Below are positions 29,676 to 42,726 of a DNA stretch of 64,000 nucleotides, in pieces. The position numbers were made by a program, and so were the translations under genes. Numbering within the stretch: the first letter of the stretch is position 1; every line of letters starts with the position of its first letter. The stretch comes from Candidatus Bathyarchaeota archaeon. Lineage in GTDB: Archaea > Thermoproteota > Bathyarchaeia > Bathyarchaeales > Bathycorpusculaceae. The stretch lies in assembly GCA_963770935.1 (NCBI GenBank), contig CAVYRJ010000008.1:192001-256000 (forward strand). Reading direction: 5' to 3'. A model generated the notes under the pieces. That model did no database searches. It saw only the letters and a list, made by a program, of their open reading frames with translations, and had not been told where the DNA came from.

Positions 29676-29716
29676 TGTGAGAAAGTGCAAATTTAAAGCA
29701 TTGGCGTTTGCTAATT

Positions 29717-30826
29717 TCATCTGCGTTTTATATGGTATTGTTCGATAACATCCTTTGCTTTTTCTCTTTTTTCGCGATGTGCTTCGAGGAATCGGTTAAG
29801 TTTTTCCGCCATGTCTTTCTTGCATTCGCCACAGAGCATTTCGCCTCCTCGGCATTTGCGTTCGCGTTCAGCAAGTTTGGCATTGTCTTCTTCAAAGAGG
29901 AAGAAGTAGTATTGGAATATACTACAGACTGTAGGGTCAGCGCCGCTTTTGCGCTGTTCTGCAGCGGTGCCTTTGCCTCCTGTGAAAGCGTTCCAGATTT
30001 TCTTTTTCACAACGTCGGGTGGATCCACTGTGAATATGCTTGTTTCTGGCATTGAGGCGCTCATTTTTCCACCTGCGGCTAAGCCTGGAAGGAAACGGCA
30101 ATGGATCTGTGCGGGTTTATAGTAGCCTAGTTTTTGGGCTATGTCGCGCGTTACTCGCCAGTAAGGATCTTGGTCGATGGCTGCTGGGATGAGCGCAGGA
30201 ACATTTTCGCCTGTTAGTTTTTTGTGTATGAAGCATGGTGCGGCTTGGATTGCTGGCCAGTAGACCCAACCGATGTTGGTGCTGTCTTGGAAGCCAAAGG
30301 TGCTGCGGGCAGTTGAGTATGTTATGCGTTTGGCGACTTCAAGGGTTATGTCATAGAGAAGGTCAATGTCTTTTGTGTCGTAGATTATGAACGTGTCTTG
30401 GGGCTTGAAGCCCAAAGCGATGAGGTCCAATGCGTTTTCGTAGGACCATTTTGCAGTGTCTTTAAGGTCTGCGTTGTCGCTGATTAGGTATTTTTCGTCA
30501 TCTGTTATTTGGAAATAGAGTCGCGTTTTGAATTTTTGTTGAATATGAAGGGTAAATATCCAAGGAACAATATGCCCGATGTGCACGGGGCCGCTGGGTC
30601 CTCTGCCAGTGTAGAGTACAAATTTGGTGCCTTTATCATACAAATCAAGCACGGTGTCTAGGTCGCGGTGGCTAAAGAATATCTTCCGTTCCAATTGTAA
30701 ATGGAGTTTGTCTGTGTGGTCTTCTACACGCTTGAGAAGTTCGGGTGTGAGTGGTTGGGTGCCGAATTCTTTTATGAGTCGTTCATAGTCAACTTTGCCT
30801 TTAACTTCCCACGGTGTAACTACCAT
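29717..30826 (-). CDS. trpS: Tryptophan--tRNA ligase, archaeal/eukaryotic type
   Basis: VTPWEV, LYTGRGPSGPVHIGH, AIDQDPYWR, KMSAS. Confidence 0.97.
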   Translation of the reverse strand: MVVTPWEVKGKVDYERLIKEFGTQPLTPELLKRVEDHTDKLHLQLERKIFFSHRDLDTVLDLYDKGTKFVLYTGRGPSGPVHIGHIVPWIFTLHIQQKFKTRLYFQITDDEKYLISDNADLKDTAKWSYENALDLIALGFKPQDTFIIYDTKDIDLLYDITLEVAKRITYSTARSTFGFQDSTNIGWVYWPAIQAAPCFIHKKLTGENVPALIPAAIDQDPYWRVTRDIAQKLGYYKPAQIHCRFLPGLAAGGKMSASMPETSIFTVDPPDVVKKKIWNAFTGGKGTAAEQRKSGADPTVCSIFQYYFFLFEEDNAKLAERERKCRGGEMLCGECKKDMAEKLNRFLEAHREKREKAKDVIEQYHIKRR

Positions 30827-31445
30827 TTCATTGTTGTTTTCTTCACCGTTAGATGCAACCGTAATGCTTCACCAGTGCCCTTTTATCAAGAAACAGCGAC
30901 TTGTCATATATGTTTTTCACTGAGGCAAATATTGTGTTATTTCCCAGAGCGAGCGTTAGTTCAATATTAAGAATGTCACTTGATCAATAGATTCGGCGGA
31001 ATTTTCCAAGAATTAGCCCAAAAAGGAAGAGTTAAGCGAATCAAGCCAAGCGCCAAATGGATAAGGCCTAAAAGGCAGGTGGGCAACGGCCTTCTCCTTA
31101 TTTAGCAGCCGGATTCGCTCAACTGTGTTGGCTATCCCTTGCATTCCATCTAACGGGTAACTTGTCTCAAAAATATAAAAGATTGTGGTTACATTGTGAA
31201 ACCACAACCGCTAAATCGCTGGATTTTTAGTTCAAGAATAAGGCATACAAAAACCATTAAACTCAAATTCAGACTTTAAACTTCAGATATTATGTTTTAT
31301 GCACATCAGTCATGGTAATCGATATTGGTTATTCAGATTTTAGAAAAATCATGTAACCTGAAGAGGTCTCTTGTTATTTGCTTTTTTTGGAAAAGCAATA
31401 TAGCTTAGAACAATAACCGTTCAATGTTTGGGATGAAAATCTGAG

Positions 31446-32109
31446 ATGTTGGTTGCTGGTGTTGACGAAGCTGGACGTGGATGTGTTATTGGACCCTTGG
31501 TGGTTGCTGGCGTCGCAATAAAAGCTGAGAATTTGCCTTTGTTAATTGAGTTAGGTGTGAAAGATTCAAAGCTTCTCACTGCAAAGAAACGTGAAGAAAT
31601 GTATCCAGAAATCGTAAAGATAACTGAAAACCAGCAACATCATAAAGGTTCTTCCATACCAAATCGACAAAGCTGTTTTGAGCTCCAGAACTCTCCACAA
31701 ACTGAACCGTCTTGAGGCACAGACTATGGCGAAAATAATTGAAGCCCTAAAACCCGACGAAGCATACGTTGACGCAGCGGACGTTTTGGAGCACAGGTTT
31801 GGAAATCACATACGTGAATGCCTCACCATCAAAACAAAAATCATAGCCCAACATAAAGCTGACAGAACTTTTCCAGTGGTTTCTGCGGCATCAATTATAG
31901 CTAAAGTTGAACGGGACAAGGAGATAGCTAACCTGAAAGTAGAATATGGCGATTTTGGCAGCGGATATTTAACTGATGATAAAACCATGGTTTTTCTTAA
32001 GCGATTGCTAGATGAAAACGGTGACTATCCAGATTGTGTTCGGAAGTCTTGGAAGCCTGCGCGAAAAGCTAAAAGTGAACATGGAACACTGCAGAAAAAG
32101 CTGGCTTAA
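31446..32109 (+). CDS. rnhB: Ribonuclease HII; frameshift ~31632
   Basis: GVDEAGRG, VKDSK, HKAD, VSAASIIAKVERD, GSGY split over two frames. Confidence 0.93.
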
Positions 32110-32210
32110 AATTTGATTATTGTGTTTTGTAGTGTCTAAAAAGATACAATTTATAAACATGAACAACATACTTCACTATTAATAAACGGGTTTTAGACGG
32201 CGGTAACTCG

Positions 32211-33902
32211 ATGAGCGAAAAAGACGTAACTAAGTTCCTCCAGATTTTAGGTTTATCTAAAAGAGAAATTCAAGTCTACATGTTTCTGGCCAAAAGCGGT
32301 GTCCAATCAACCAGTTTCGTAGCAAAAAGGCTCAAGATGGAACGTGTCCAAGCTTACCGTACCTTCAAGAAGCTGCAAGAAAAAGGGTTCATCGAAGCCA
32401 CTTTGGAGCGACCGACTAGGTTCACAATTGTTCCTTTTGAAACTTTAGTTGACAATTTTATTAATACTAAAAAGAATGAGGTCGTCAACCTCAATGATCA
32501 GAAACAGGATCTCTTAACCGCTTGGCTATCGATTAGTGCTCCAGAATCAGAATACCCCGTCGCTAAATTCTCAATCATCACAGGCAAGAAAAAGATTCAC
32601 TCAAAAATGCTCAACATGATTGAGGAGTCAAAAAAGGAAGTGATCGTTTTAACTACTGCGTTGGGTTTAATTCAGGAAGACATTGCAGGAATCTTCGACG
32701 CGGCATTTGTCCCATCGGAAGAGCATAATGTGCAAACCCAAATAATTACTGAAATTGCCCCAGAGAACCTCAAAGTAGTAGAAAGAATAGAGCGAAATAT
32801 TGTTGAAGATAAACTCAACATAAAACTTCGCCATGTGAACATGAGCTCCAAGTTTTTCCCACGCTTTTTAATTAAAGATGAAGAAGAGGCCATCCTTTAC
32901 GCGCCCTTCGGCAACGAAGCCTCGGTTCTAAACTTGGAGGATGAAGGTTTATGGATAAACGATAAAATGTTCATTTCTGTTTTGAAGGCATTTTTTGTGC
33001 AGATGTGGCACAGCGGAGTTGATGCTTCAAGACGTATCGACGAGTTAAAGAGCGGTATACCTATCGGCGAAACCCTTGTCATTAAAAGCGTTGAAGAAGC
33101 ATGGAATAAAGTAACCAAAATTCTTGATTCAGCCAAAAAAGATATCGTAATAATCACGTCGTCGCAGAGCATCAACCGACTTGCCGAAGACGACCCTATA
33201 GTAAAATATTTTAAAAAAGGCTTAAACACCCGAATAATGGCATCCATTGATTTGGATAATTTGGAACCAGCCCAAAAACTTGCAAAAGAATACGAAGTTA
33301 AACATGTACCCATCAGCTATCTAACAATGATGTTAGTTGATGACAAGCACCTGTTCATGTTCAAAATGCCTCCGCTTAGCGATTTTGGTACAGAATCAGC
33401 TTTCTACTTAGCAGACACTTTCTATTCCAGCGACCCCAGCCAAATTGAAAGAGTAAGCGAAATGCTAAGTGACATCTGGAAACGCGGCATCGACATAACA
33501 GAAATTAGCAGTCAAGCAGGAACAAAGCTTCCAACCGTGGAGATTGCGACAACTGAGACAGTTGCTGAGACTGTTAGTAAAATGCTGGAGAACAATGTTA
33601 CTTCTGTGTTAATCACAGAGCGCCACAAACCCATCGGTGTTATCAACGACCGAGAACTACTTCGAGAAATTGTTGATGCACGAAGGAATCCAATTAAGAC
33701 ACTTGCAAAAGACATCAACTACACGCCCCTTATCATTCTGAAGGGGGACGAATCGATCATTACCGCCATGAAAATTATAGGTGAAAAAGGTTTCAAGCGC
33801 GCAGCCATGGTTAAAAATGGACATTTAATCGGCATGTTAACAGAAGAGGCAGCTAAAAAGGCAGCCTTACAAATGAAGCCTACTGTTTCAAAAGTTACTT
33901 AG
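32211..33902 (+). CDS. TrmB-family regulator with tandem effector domains and C-terminal CBS pair
   Basis: LGLSKREIQVY...RVQAYRTFKKLQEKGFI HTH; FLIKDEEE and MLVDDKH PLD-like repeats; IGVINDRE and IGMLTE CBS. Confidence 0.85.
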   Translation: MSEKDVTKFLQILGLSKREIQVYMFLAKSGVQSTSFVAKRLKMERVQAYRTFKKLQEKGFIEATLERPTRFTIVPFETLVDNFINTKKNEVVNLNDQKQDLLTAWLSISAPESEYPVAKFSIITGKKKIHSKMLNMIEESKKEVIVLTTALGLIQEDIAGIFDAAFVPSEEHNVQTQIITEIAPENLKVVERIERNIVEDKLNIKLRHVNMSSKFFPRFLIKDEEEAILYAPFGNEASVLNLEDEGLWINDKMFISVLKAFFVQMWHSGVDASRRIDELKSGIPIGETLVIKSVEEAWNKVTKILDSAKKDIVIITSSQSINRLAEDDPIVKYFKKGLNTRIMASIDLDNLEPAQKLAKEYEVKHVPISYLTMMLVDDKHLFMFKMPPLSDFGTESAFYLADTFYSSDPSQIERVSEMLSDIWKRGIDITEISSQAGTKLPTVEIATTETVAETVSKMLENNVTSVLITERHKPIGVINDRELLREIVDARRNPIKTLAKDINYTPLIILKGDESIITAMKIIGEKGFKRAAMVKNGHLIGMLTEEAAKKAALQMKPTVSKVT

Positions 33903-33980
33903 CCCCACTTGCTTTTTCTTTTTTGGAAGGCAAACAATTATTAACAAAAATAGTTCTAGCCTTACGGCGAGGCACAGTAA

Positions 33981-34661
<681 letters not shown>

Positions 34662-34674
34662 CACGTGAAGACCC

Positions 34675-35556
34675 TTGAAGGTTGAACCTGAATGTGAATC
34701 ATGCTTGCTCTCTAGGGCACAAATACAAACCTACCAAGCCACAACAAACCTCGCCCTACGTTTCCGATGCTTAGCTGAAATCGTGAAGCTACTAAATAGG
34801 GAATTCAAACCTACATCGGTGGCGGCTGACATCGGCACCAAACGAGACCGCATAATCAGGCAACTAACAAGCAACAACGACCCCTACAAGTACAACAAAA
34901 AACTCGCCAACGAAAAAGCCCTCAAAATGCGTCCCCACGCAAAAAAATATGTGGAATCAGGAATCAACCAGAAGGAGCGATTCAAGAAAGCGTGTCTTTG
35001 CGCAATTGTTGGGAACATTATGGAGTTTGATATTCCCGGGCACAAGTTCACCTTGAAGAATTTGGCAGGGGTTCTTCGGGAAGCGGCAAAAGACCTTGTA
35101 ATCGACGACATTGACAAGGCCTATGAGTTGGCAAAGAAAGCTGAGAGTGTTTTGTTTTTGGCGGATAATGCAGGCGAAATCGTATTCGATTCTCTGTTGG
35201 TGGAGCAGCTAAAGAACATGGGATTAAAAGTCACCTATGTTGTTAAAGGTGGGCCCGTAATCAACGACGCCACGATGGAGGATGTGGAAATCTCTAACAT
35301 CGACAAACTTGCTGACGAAGTAATAACCACTGGCTGCGATGCAGTTGGTTTACAGAAAAAGGAAGCCTCCGCCGAGTTCTTAAAAGTCTACGACGCCGCC
35401 GAACTGGTTTTCGCTAAAGGCATGGGCTACGCTGAAACCCTAACTGAATACAAACTAACTAAGCCTCATTTGCTTATGTTCCGCACAAAATGTGTGCCTG
35501 TCGCAAACTATTTCTGTGTTCCACGCGATAAGAACATAGCAAAGTTGATGCTGTAA
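34675..35556 (+). CDS. DUF89/ARMT1-like damage-control phosphatase
   Basis: CESCL, DPYK, VGNIMEF, LADNAGEIVFD, INDAT, AKGMGY. Confidence 0.9.
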   Translation: MKVEPECESCLLSRAQIQTYQATTNLALRFRCLAEIVKLLNREFKPTSVAADIGTKRDRIIRQLTSNNDPYKYNKKLANEKALKMRPHAKKYVESGINQKERFKKACLCAIVGNIMEFDIPGHKFTLKNLAGVLREAAKDLVIDDIDKAYELAKKAESVLFLADNAGEIVFDSLLVEQLKNMGLKVTYVVKGGPVINDATMEDVEISNIDKLADEVITTGCDAVGLQKKEASAEFLKVYDAAELVFAKGMGYAETLTEYKLTKPHLLMFRTKCVPVANYFCVPRDKNIAKLML

Positions 35557-35557
35557 A

Positions 35558-37616
35558 ATGGATTTGCCCATCATTACTTTTTCTAAAGAGGCACTTTCAC
35601 GTTTTGGTGAGGTTATAGAGAAAGAGTGGCTGATAGCTAACGGTTTGGGAAGTTACGCTTCCTCGTCTGTGGCTGGAATTAATACCCGAAAGTATCATGG
35701 GTTGTTTGTTGCTGCGTTGGATCCACCTGGAAACCGCACTGTTTGCCTTTCAAAACTCGACGAGGACCTCTATATTGGCAATGAGGTTTATAGATTGGGC
35801 TCCAACGAGTTCCATGACGTGATTTATCCTGAAGGCTACAAATTGCTGGGGCAGTTTAAAATTGATCCGTTCCCCACATACAGCTATGACTTGGGAAACG
35901 TTCAGGTTGCCAAAACGGTTTTTATGCCCAAAAACAAGAACGCCGTCGCCATAACTTACAAACTGACAAACAAGAATAATTCATACGTTAAAGTTAGGCT
36001 TTATCCGCTTTTAACCTGTAGATACTACCATAACGTGGTTTACCAATCGAGAATCCCATTGAATTTCACCTTAAAAAGCGGGAGCAAGCAATTTCAAGCA
36101 ACTTTTCAGCGTCCCCAAGCCACAATCGTTTGCCGCATAACCGAAGGAAACTTCAAAGAGGACGTAAACTGGGTAAACCATATACACTACCGCGACGAGC
36201 GATTGCGAGGGGAAGCTGACGTTGACGATTGTTTTCAACCGGGATATTTCGAGGCACAGGTTCCTGCTGAGGGAGAAAAAGAGTTTGCGGTGACATGCGC
36301 TGTGAGCCATGAAACCCAAGAAGCACAGGAAACTTCCGATGCAGTGGGAGACGACATTAAAAGCATTAAAAACGCAGTTAACCAAGAGCTAAATCAAAAA
36401 TCTGAGATGCTAGTTAGTTTTCACCATGAACATCCAGAAGTGCCAATGAGTGATTGGCTAAACTGGATTCTGCTTGCCGCCGACTCTTTCATGGTGAAAA
36501 ACGCCGCTGGCACAAAAGCAGTCATCGCAGGTTACCATTGGTTTGAGCCATGGGGCAGAGACACCTTCATTTCGCTACCGGGGCTAACGTTGGTGACAGG
36601 CAGGTACAACGACGCCAAAGACATCCTGCAAAACTTCATCCTGCATTCCAAGAGCGGGTTGATTCCCAACTTTATATCCGACAAATCAGGCATTCCCGTC
36701 TACGACACCGTCGACGGCACATTGTGGTACATTAACGCTGTTTTGCAATACGTCAAGTACACTGGCGACTGGGGTTTTGTCCAAGATGAGTTGTGGGAGA
36801 AGTTGCAGGATATTGTTGAGAACCACCAAAGGGGCACTTTATTTGGCATCCGCGTGGATGATGACGGCTTGCTTATGCATGGTCCAAGACTCACATGGAT
36901 GGATGCCTCGGTGGGGAATGACGTGATTACGCCCCGAACAGGAAAAGCAGTGGAAATTCAAGCATTATGGTACAATGCCCTGCGAATCATGGAGTTACTT
37001 GCAAACAGATTCGAGGCACCCGAACTTATCTGAAAAATACGGTGCCATGGCAAACCAAACCAGCCGAAGCTTCACAAAATTCTGGAACCCCAAAGAAAAC
37101 TGCCTCTTCGACGTCGTTAACGAAAAAACCCTGGACGCTTCTATTCGCCCCAACCAAATATTTGCAGTTTCCCTCGACTACACCATGCTTGACAGAGTAA
37201 AAAGCCAAAAAATCGTCGAATCCGTGAATCGTGAACTTGTGACACCTTATGGATTGAGAACGCTGTCGCTTGGTGACCCCAAGTTTGTCGGCAAATGTTC
37301 AGGTGACAGCAGAAGCAGGGATTTGGCTTACCACAATGGAACGATTTGGCCTTGGCTACTGGGACCTTATGTAACTGCGTACCTAAAAGTCCACGAATAC
37401 ACCGCCAAAGCACGTCAGCAAATGCTCGAAAACCTCGTTCTACCTTTGTTCACCGTTGGAATCCACCAAGACGGCTTAGGAACAATAAACGAAATCTACG
37501 ACTGCGACCCACCAAACGAACCCAGAGGCTGCATCTCACAAGCATGGAGCATCGCGGAGCCACTACGAGCTTATATCGAGGACATTCTGCAGGTTAAACC
37601 AAAAACGCAGAAGTAA
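35558..37616 (+). CDS. Glycogen debranching enzyme (amylo-alpha-1,6-glucosidase); frameshift ~37025
   Basis: EWLIANGLGSYAS, IAGYHWFEPWGRDTFISLPG, TWMDA, YHNGTIWPW, GCISQAWS. Confidence 0.93.
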
Positions 37617-37627
37617 TTTTAATAAAA

Positions 37628-38668
37628 TTAGAGTTTTATTGCTTTTCGCAGGCTTTCGGCAGCGGTTTCAGGCGTAACCGTGTTGATGTATGTTCCTGTG
37701 CTTTTTTCGAAGCCAGCCCAAATTGCCAGTTTTGGGTAAACTTCCAGGTGCCAATGGTAGCTGTCTTTGGCCTCTGGGTTAATGGCTAGGTGGATGCCGT
37801 AGTTGTAGGGTGGGTCGTTGACGAGGTCTTTTAGGGCTTTGAGGCTTACCTTTAAGGTTTTTGTAAAAGCGCTGATCTCCGGCTTGGTGAGTTTTAAGAT
37901 GTTTGGGGCATGCCTTTTAGGAATTATCCAGAACTCCAGCGGATTAATGCTCGCATAAGGAGCCAAAACCACAAAACCCTCATCTTCAAAAACAAGCCTT
38001 GGACCCTTCGTTTCCCGCTCGATTATGTCGCAGAAAACACATTTTCCATGCTGATCATAGAATGCTTTGCTGGCTTTCTGTTCCTCAAGGATAGTTGAAG
38101 GAACCATTGGTGTTGCAATGATTTGGCTGTGCGCATGGGAAAGTGACGCGCCCGCTTCCAAGCCATAATTGCGGAAAATCGAAACGTACTCGACATACGG
38201 TTTAGCGCTTAGTTCTTTTAACCTGTCGATGTAAGCGTTTATAACCAGTTCAAGCTGGGGTAGATCCGCGTCGGCTGGGTCTTCATCATGGTTAGGCGAT
38301 TCGACAATGACCTCATGCTGTCCAATTGCATCCCACAGACTCCCGTTTTTGACGATTTGAGCAGCATCTTCGACATTTTTGGGTGGACTAAAAGCAGGAA
38401 AAATGTTTGGTATGACACGAACAAGCCAGTTTTTCGCGCGCTCACCAGACAGTGGGTCCTGGCACCTCTTTATTTCACCGTTCTCGTTAAGGTACAACAT
38501 TACGGCGGGCGGCGTCATGTTTTCTTTGCCAACGCATAGAGGACAGACTGCATTATTGGCAGTTTGCGGTTTGGGTTTGGTTAAGTCGGTGGGTCTGCGG
38601 CTTCGTTCTGTCGCGATTACGACCCAGCGGTTAAGCAGGTAATCTTTTCTAAGTTCGTTGTAGGGCAT
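37628..38668 (-). CDS. galT: Galactose-1-phosphate uridylyltransferase (GalT family)
   Basis: ELRKD..RWVVIATERSRRP, CPLC, GASLSHAHSQ, YHWHLE. Confidence 0.9.
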   Translation of the reverse strand: MPYNELRKDYLLNRWVVIATERSRRPTDLTKPKPQTANNAVCPLCVGKENMTPPAVMLYLNENGEIKRCQDPLSGERAKNWLVRVIPNIFPAFSPPKNVEDAAQIVKNGSLWDAIGQHEVIVESPNHDEDPADADLPQLELVINAYIDRLKELSAKPYVEYVSIFRNYGLEAGASLSHAHSQIIATPMVPSTILEEQKASKAFYDQHGKCVFCDIIERETKGPRLVFEDEGFVVLAPYASINPLEFWIIPKRHAPNILKLTKPEISAFTKTLKVSLKALKDLVNDPPYNYGIHLAINPEAKDSYHWHLEVYPKLAIWAGFEKSTGTYINTVTPETAAESLRKAIKL

Positions 38669-38821
38669 TTGGAGCACTTGAAAACAGAAAGAGCGCTGCA
38701 ACATTTTAGTATTTCTAAGAAGTGCTGGAGTCCAAAATTGTGGAAGCTTAAGGTGAATGGTTGGAAGGTTTTATATCCCTTACATACAATATGGAGAAGC
38801 TGGTTTTAGATCGCTGAGAAC

Positions 38822-40433
38822 ATGATAAACCCATCGAGTTCACTGCATTTGGAAATGTTAAGGGCAGCTTTAACTAAGTGGCGAGTAGCCTTTCTGGTTT
38901 TTGCCTTAGCATACCTTGCCATCTTATTGGTGAGCTTGATGAATTTGCCGATGCAGTGGGATGAGGTCAACCACCTCAACGGCGCCTTATACTTGAACTC
39001 GGGACTCTTTAGCAAGTTCATATCATAATGCTTTTTACCCCCCTCTCTTCGACACCCTAACCGCTCTATCCTTCAAAGCTTTTGGCATAAGCCTACTCTC
39101 CGCCAGATTGGTGCCAGCCTTGTTCTCCATTCTTTCACTCTGGGCGGTGTTTGAACTTGCTCACAGCATGTATGGCGGAAAAACCGCTCTGCTCTCCACA
39201 ATTTTGCTGGGGATAATGCCGGGTTTCTTTTGGCTTAGCCGCATGTCATTGCTGGAAACGATGCTTCTCTTCTTTGTCACGGTGGCGCTCCTCTTCTTTT
39301 TCCGTTGGCTCCAAAACAAGCAAGATAAGTATTTAGTTTTGGCTGGTTTAGCGGTAGGTTTAGGATTCTTAACTAAATATCAAGCTATTGTGGCTGGCGT
39401 AATAATGATTACTAGCATTTTGTTTTTGGCTCGAGGCCAGCTTATTCGGGCATTTTCAAGGTTTTCGCTTCTAATTGCTACGGCTGTTTTGGTGGTTGTT
39501 CCCTGGATTGTTGTTGCCTATCAGGTGTATGCATCGAAAATATTTAGCCAATGGCTTTACGCCCTGCAAGTTGGTAACCCCGAAAAATCAGTATATAGCG
39601 ACCGATTCCCCTCACCCATATTCTATTTAATAGAGGTAGTTTGGCCTTACAACAATTTCCACCCCATATCCATATTCCTCTACGTCTTAGGGTTGGTGGG
39701 CTTAGGCGCTATGGTTTGGCGGCATAACAAAAGCGACAAGTTCGCCGTCATATGGTTTGCAGCCATCCTTATCTTTTTCTCTCTTATAGATAATAAGGAG
39801 TGGCGCTATGTACTGCCGTTGTTTCCAACATTGGCAATTTCAGCCTCAGTCTTGATTCTGTTTCTCTATGGCAAGATTGATGCGGCATGGAAGAAGAGAG
39901 TCAACCTTGACAAGAAGAAATCTGCAAAGTTCGCCGCTGGCTTATTCATTGTCTTAGTTGCAGGAGCGATGGCATATAGTATATACGACGCTTACTCCAT
40001 AGCCTCAACATTCAATATCCAAATTGAACTTGAACCAGCAACAGTCTATGCCATGAGCAGCATGCAGAACAATGAGTCGATTATGGTTCTTGCACCCTTC
40101 AACTTTTTCAGCCAAGACATGATAAAATTCTACCTATGGAAAAACGGCAACAATCAAATCCAGACCTACCAGTATCCAGTGCTGCCTACGGACACATACA
40201 TGCCCATTTTCAACATTACAGAATTAATCAGAGAATGCAAACAATACCACGTAAAGTACGTCTTCACCTACGAACAGGGAGGAATTGTCCCATACTATAA
40301 CACAACATTGAACCCGCAACAAATCTACGAGCAACTTTACGCTTCAGGAAACTTTAGCAAAATATCAGACGAAGCCACATTTGGTGCAAATCCTAGAAGA
40401 ATCTTCATTTTAACCTTCATCGGTAAGATTTAA
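38822..40433 (+). CDS. GT-C fold membrane glycosyltransferase (family 39/ArnT-like); frameshift ~39022
   Basis: QWDEVNH, YPPLF..ARL, GLGFLTKY, KEWRYVLP, many TM helices. Confidence 0.85.
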
Positions 40434-40656
40434 ACCTGTAAAAAAAATCTACATAACCCTGAGAGTTGTAGACTTAATTGCGCTCTTTTTTGTCTCAGGA
40501 AATCAGCATTATCTACATGTTTCAAAGTATGAGGCGTAATAAGTCTTTCCAACAAGACCTTCACCTTGTTAACCCCTATGTTTCGCATAGAAGCACTTTG
40601 TTGTAGGCAAAGCACAGTCACAACTTCTAAAAAAGTTGTTTAACGCCTCAATATGA

Positions 40657-41253
40657 TTGAAGGTTAAAAACGTGAAAATCGCTATAATCGGAAAAGGCAA
40701 CGTTGGCACCGCACTCTGCAACGGCTTAAGCAAAGCTGGACACGAAACAAAATTTGGTCACCGCGACCCAGCAGAACCAGTTGCTGAAGCCGCAAAATGG
40801 GGAGAAGTAATTATCCTCGCAGTGCCACACGATAACGCCAACGACGCCAGAGAAGCAATAAAACCGTACGCTGATGGAAAAACAGTAATTGATGTAATGA
40901 ACGCCATAGGCGAAAACATGGAGTTGGGAATTAGTTGCACAACTTCATCTGCGGAGGAAACTCAGAAGAAACTGCCCAAAGCTAAAGTTGTAAAAGCATT
41001 TAACACCGTGTTTGCACAAAACCAAAGCACAGCAAAAGTTGGCGGCGAACAGTTAACTGCTTTCATAGCGGGAGATGATTTGAAAGCTAAACAAACGGTA
41101 GCACAGTTAACCCGGGATATCGGTTTTGACCCAGTTGACTGTGGACCACTAAAGGCTGCTCGCAATCTTGAAGCTATGGCAATTTTGATAATCAACTTGG
41201 CATACACTTATGGGATGGGCAACAAGATAGGCTACAAACTGGTAAAAGCCTAA
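40657..41253 (+). CDS. F420/NADP oxidoreductase-family dinucleotide-binding enzyme
   Basis: IAIIGKGNVG, ILAVP, VVKAFNT, GFDPVDCGPL. Confidence 0.85.
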   Translation: MKVKNVKIAIIGKGNVGTALCNGLSKAGHETKFGHRDPAEPVAEAAKWGEVIILAVPHDNANDAREAIKPYADGKTVIDVMNAIGENMELGISCTTSSAEETQKKLPKAKVVKAFNTVFAQNQSTAKVGGEQLTAFIAGDDLKAKQTVAQLTRDIGFDPVDCGPLKAARNLEAMAILIINLAYTYGMGNKIGYKLVKA

Positions 41254-41505
41254 TTCATTTAAAAAATCAACCAAAAAATCGCTTTCTAATAAGTAATTGT
41301 TGCTGCAACCTCTTCATTACCCGCAGTTGCAACAATCACGAACAACCACCTAAAGCCCAAAAAACCAACACAAAATTTTTCCCCACTTTTAAACACACGA
41401 GTTTTGAACTCTTCACAACAAAAGAAAAACTTGGTTTTGCAAACAATCTTACGTTTTGTAGACCCATAAAGTTTGCGAGTTATTGGAAAAATTGGTTAGT
41501 CGTGA

Positions 41506-42454
41506 CTATCGCCGTTTTTTAAATGCAAAAAGAAACAGCACTCCAACTATAGCGATCGCTGTAATTATGCCTGCTTCTGCAAGCAAGAAGTAAAAGTTAG
41601 CCACAGATTTAGTCGGCAGCGTTGACGGCGAAGTAGCTCGGAGTTTCTACCGGACTTTCTTGTTGCGGCGGTTCAGTATTGTCTTTTTTAGAGGGTTGTG
41701 GAGCAACATTAGGTGTTTCCTTTGGTTTCTCCGCAAGTGTTCCATGTGATACAGTCGAATCTTCTGGGGGAGCTGCAGTTCCTAAGCTTACGGTAACTCT
41801 ATAAGGGGTAGAAATTAAGCCTGCATTATCTCTAAATTGAACATAAACGGTTTTGTACCCATTCCCTTCTGTAAATGTCCAAAGCTTAGAAGTGGAGTAG
41901 TCTTCCCAATTACCCCAGGTAAAGTCAAAGAAGCGCATTTGAGCCACGCCAGAAGTAGCATCCTGAGCTGAGAGAGTCAATATTACCGAGGCATCAATTG
42001 TTGAGGTTGCGCCTCCATTAACCGTTATTGCACCTGTTGGAGCAGTAGTGTCAACTGCAAATAATGTAGTGGGGGAAGAGACGATGTTGCCGTAAGTATC
42101 GTTTGTATAGACAACTAAATTATGTCTTCCGTCGGGCAAAGTGGGTAGAGTTGTATTACCCGTGATGGTTGCGTTTGTTTGTCCGTTTAGGCTATAGCCG
42201 ATCCAGCTGGCAGATCCATCAATAATGAAAGTTAAAGGAATAGTATTATTTGCTGTATATGTCTTGTTTTGAGGAGACAGAATTATGTTGGACGACAATT
42301 GAGTCTCAAATTGAAACGTTAGCAGATACGGGTCCATATTTTTTGAATTTTCGCTTTCTATTGTGTCCGCCTTAACTGAATGAATAATAAATGTCGATGA
42401 AAACATGCTTGTTAACAACAATAATATGAATATTCCACAAGCTAATGTTTTCAT
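41506..42454 (-). CDS. Secreted Ig-like surface protein with C-terminal membrane anchor; frameshift ~41635
   Basis: Signal peptide, YSLNG/VDTTAP/VYVQFRDNAG; shifted frame gives ...AGIITAIAIVGVLFLFAFKKRR*. Confidence 0.75.
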
Positions 42455-42675
42455 CTATATTTTCACTTACTCCTAGGAACCTGCAACATTTGGCTTGAGC
42501 AAAGACTAAGATTCTGCAGGGTTAAAAAGGAATCAACGGATAGAACGCCGCGAAATGTATTAGGCATTTCTTTTCATACCTTGAACTCTTGTATTTGAGT
42601 AGCACTAATAAGATTTGTGCATTATCGGGTGAACAAATTTTTTTCTGCAGCTTGTGGGGCTTAAATTGAAACTAA

Positions 42676-42712
42676 AAAATGGAAAAAAGGGAAATTTGTT
42701 TTTTCCTTTTGA
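42676..42712 (-). terminator. Hairpin plus oligo(T) terminator
   Basis: Minus strand AAAAGGAAAAAACAAATTTCCCTTTTTTCCATTTTTT right after the stop at 42727. Confidence 0.55.
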
Positions 42713-42726
42713 TTGAATTGACCGTC

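Noticed and set aside
27000-29716. CRISPR array or intact casposon near the Cas1-like remnants
   Set aside because: No repeat-spacer periodicity, polymerase gene or terminal inverted repeats found; repeats at 29566-29675 are too short and irregular.
31013-31207. 64-aa minus-strand ORF between trpS and rnhB
   Set aside because: No motif, SD or recognisable family.
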